A stretch of DNA of 64,000 bases, from the NCBI GenBank assembly GCA_010015805.1, contig ML978139.1, forward strand, positions 248,001 to 312,000, given 5' to 3'. Shown here one piece after another: positions 60,787-64,000 of the stretch. The translations under genes were made by a program, and so were the position numbers. Numbering within the stretch: the stretch's first letter is position 1; every line of letters begins with the position of its first letter. The notes under the pieces are model-generated. The model was not told the origin of the DNA. It searched no databases and saw nothing but the letters and a program-made list of their open reading frames with translations. Source of the DNA: Rhizodiscina lignyota. Lineage: Eukaryota.

Positions 60787-60905
60787 TGAGTCAAGACCCC
60801 TGTCCATCTTCGTGCGAGCTCCAAATTTCGGTTTCGTGAGCTTGCGACTCATCCCACACAACACCAGCCTCGTTTGCTCGCCTGGGCATGCAGTTTGATG
60901 AGTCA
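60787..60905. promoter_or_regulatory. Gcn4/CpcA (cross-pathway control) elements upstream of LeuRS
   Basis: TGAGTCA at 60787-60793 and 60899-60905, with a near-match CGACTCAT between them. Confidence 0.6.
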
Positions 60906-63900
60906 AACCTTCAACCTACTCCGAGCGACATTTAAACCATCTTCCCTTCGATTTGCGTGCCTGGGCCGCAGTTACACCCGCAATTTCACGAATACCGCCA
61001 GGTCTGCGGACATCTTCACCATGGCAGCTCAAGACGTCCTCGATCCTTCGAATGGCTCGAAGAACACGATGAAGATAGAGAATACCGAGAAGCGCGATAC
61101 CCTTATAGACATCGAGAAGAAATACCAGAAGAAGTGGGCAGACGACCATGTCTTCGAAATCGATGCGCCGACGACCGCAGAATTCCCCTTCGACTCGATA
61201 ACGCCGGCGGAGCTCCACCAAAAATTCCCTAAACAGATGGTCAACTTCGCCTTCCCGTACATGAACGGCTCTCTGCATGCTGGCCATGCATTCACATCGA
61301 GCAAAATGGAGTTTGCGACAGGCTTTGCGAGAATGGAGGGCAAGCGAGCTCTTTTCCCCCTCGGATACCACTGTACGGGCATGCCGATCAAGGCATGCGC
61401 AGACAAGCTCATTCGCGAAGTCGAAATGTTCGGTAAAAACTTCGAAGGATATGCGGAGGAGGAGCTCGCGAACGGCGATGCCAATCCCACGCCAGCCCCA
61501 ACGCAGGACACCAAGGCTGATATCACGAAACATGTGACGAAGAAGAGCAAGGCAGTCGCGAAGACGGGAAAGATGAAGTACCAGTTCCAGATCATGCAAG
61601 CGCAGGGAGTGCCGGTCGAAGAGATCCACAAGTTTTGCGACACTGATCACTGGCTCCAATATTACCCGCCAATATGCCAAAGAGACATGACGAGCATTGG
61701 CGCGAGGATAGATTGGAGAAGGTCGTTCGTTACTACGGATGCGAATCCCTACTTTGACTCATTCGTCAGGTGGCAGATGAGAAAACTCAAGGAACTTGGC
61801 AAGATAAAGTAGGTGTTATTCAGCCCCGCTACGATGATGAGACACTGACTTTGATATCCAGATTTGGCAAGCGATACACTGTATACAGCCCCAAAGATGG
61901 CCAACCATGTCTTGATCACGACCGGTCTGCTGGAGAGGGAGTAGGCGTGCAAGAATACACAGCACTCAAGCTCAAGGTAAAAGAGTGGCCTGAGGCTGCA
62001 CAGAAACTTCTCTCCGGCAAGCTTCCAAGCTCCGCAAACGTCTATTTTGTTCCCGCAACTCTTCGACCAGAGACCATGTATGGTCAAACCTGCTGCTTTG
62101 TAGGCCCAAATATCACATACGGCATCTTCAAAGTAACCGACGACGAATACTACTTCTGCTCCGACCGTGCCGCCAGGAATATGGCATTTCAGAGTGTCTT
62201 CCCGGAATGGGGCGTATTCCCGAAGGTTGCGGAGTTACAAGGCTCAGATGTCGTGGGCACACTTGTAAATGCTCCTCTCTCTGTTCACAAAGAGGTGCGC
62301 ATTCTCCCCATGGAGACTGTCAAAGCGACAAAAGGCACAGGCGTTGTCACCAGTGTGCCGTCCGACAGCCCCGACGACTACGCGACAGTAATGGATCTTG
62401 CGAAGAAAGCTGAATATTACGGAATCAAGAAGGAGTGGGCAGAGCTTGAAATAATACCGATCATCGAGACACCAAAATATGGCAATCTCACCGCGGCCAC
62501 ACTTGTCAAACAATTGAAGATCCAGTCTCCAAAAGATGCAAAGCCACTTGCAGAAGCAAAGGACGAAGCGTACAAGGAAGGATTCTACAATGGCAAGATG
62601 ATATATGGCGAGTTCAAGGGTAAACCGGTCTCAGAGGCGAAGAATCTCGTGAGAAAAAGCTTGATTGACGCAGGCGACGCTTTCAATTATGCTGAACCTG
62701 ATGGTTTGGTAATCAGCAGAAGTGGTGACGACTGCGTTGCTGCCCATCTCGATCAGTGGTTCCTCAACTACGGAACATCAGCGAATGGTGGAGATGGTGA
62801 ATGGTGCGAAGAAGTCTTCAAACATCTCGAAAGTGGCAACATCAACATGTTCTCATCGGAGACCAAGCATCAGTTTGAACAAGTCCTCGGCTGGCTCGCA
62901 CAATGGGCATGTGCCAGATCGTACGGCCTAGGTACGAAGTTGCCATGGGACGAAGCTTTCCTCGTCGAGTCTCTTTCGGACAGCACCATATACCCCTCAT
63001 ATTACACTATTTCACACTATCTCCACTCTGACATATTTGGGACGAAGCCTGGCAAGTTCGACATTAAGCCATCGCAGATGACGGACGAAGTATGGGATTA
63101 CCTCTACTGCAGAAGGGACACTGTGAATTGCGACATTCCAATAGACCAGTTGCAGACGATGAAACGGGAATTCCAATACTTCTATCCAAACGACATGCGT
63201 GGTAGCGGGAAGGATCTCATTCAGAATCATCTTACTTTCTACCTCTACATCCACGTTGCTCTCTTCCCGAAGGAATACTGGCCACGCGGCATACGGGCAA
63301 ACGGTCACCTCTTGCTCAATGGTGAGAAGATGGCCAAGAGCACAGGCAACTTCCTCACTTTGTCTGGCGCGGTTGAGAAGTTTGGCGCTGACGCTACTCG
63401 AATTGCTCTCGCAGATGCCGGCGATGGCATCGATGATGCAAATTTTGAAGAGACCTCTGCTAATGCCGCTATCCTCCGCTTGCACACGTTGAAGGAATGG
63501 TGCGAGGAGATGATCCATGACGCACGTCTTGTCCAATCACCAGAGGAATTCGCGAAACTGCGAGACGCGGAGAAGATGAAGAATACGGATGTCATTCAGC
63601 GCACCGGCCCGAAGAACTTCTGGGACGAGCTCTTCGAGAACGAGTTGAATGGATTGGTGAAGGAGACATTCGACAACTACAGCTCGACGTCGTACAAAGC
63701 CGCGCTTAAAACTGGCTTCTATGACTTTTTACTTGCACGAGACTCCTGGCGAAGTGCCACTGCTGGTGCAAGTGTCGGCATGCACCATGATCTCGTCAAG
63801 CGGTATATCGAGCTCCAGGCTCTGATGCTCGCGCCTATTGCACCGCACTGGGCTGAATACATTTGGCTCGAGGTGCTCAAGAAGCCATCTACAATACAGA

Positions 63901-64000
63901 ATGCTTTGTGGCCTGAGGTCCCTGCTACGGTGCCCGCTCTCACCGCTGCGCGCGAGTACGTTAGGACGACAGCCTCCAACATTACATCTGCAGAGGGCAT
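60898..64000 (+). CDS. CDC60: Cytosolic-type leucyl-tRNA synthetase (main ATG 61021, upstream in-frame ATG 60898); runs off the right edge
   Basis: FPYMNGSLHAGH (HIGH), GYHCTGMPIKACADKL, IDWRRSFVTTDANPYFDSFVRWQ, ATLRPETMYGQT, GTGVVTSVPSDSPDD, KMAKSTGN; intron 61809-61861. Confidence 0.96.

Noticed and set aside
60916..61680. Long antisense ORFs opposite LeuRS (also opposite DUF726 and PRM1)
   Set aside because: Shadow ORFs from codon bias of the real genes
1..64000. CRISPR array, rRNA or prokaryotic operons
   Set aside because: Sequence is intron-containing fungal nuclear DNA; no spaced repeat array or rRNA signature seen

Overview
Eukaryotic DNA from a filamentous ascomycete (Pezizomycotina, plausibly a Dothideomycete). 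Genes have short GT-AG introns with CTRAY branch sites and are densely packed. About 26 protein-coding genes can be supported: an APC amino-acid permease (cut by the left edge), a PTH11-type receptor, two tandem paralogs of an unknown family with an F-box-like motif, a secreted agmatinase-type ureohydrolase, MATE, GMC oxidoreductase, two MFS transporters, M24 peptidase, a PQ-loop protein, an MDR oxidoreductase/FAD monooxygenase divergent pair, DUF726, RNase T2, TFIIIC Tfc4, Gep3, a HET-domain protein, Prm1, AP-3 sigma, cytosolic-type leucyl-tRNA synthetase (cut by the right edge) and several hypothetical proteins. No tRNA, rRNA, transposon or secondary-metabolite backbone gene was recognised. 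The most striking unexplained signal is a ~1.1-kb non-coding stretch (about 53.8-54.9 kb) starting right after the PRM1 stop codon. On the minus strand it folds by eye into nested, G-U-rich helices with a cUUCGg hairpin and ends in an Sm-site-like motif. It is a candidate long structured RNA with telomerase-RNA-like architecture, but no canonical template was found. Second is an in-frame mitochondrial-presequence-like extension on the cytosolic LeuRS whose ATG overlaps a Gcn4/CpcA site. All family calls come from motif recognition by eye; no searches or folding programs were run.
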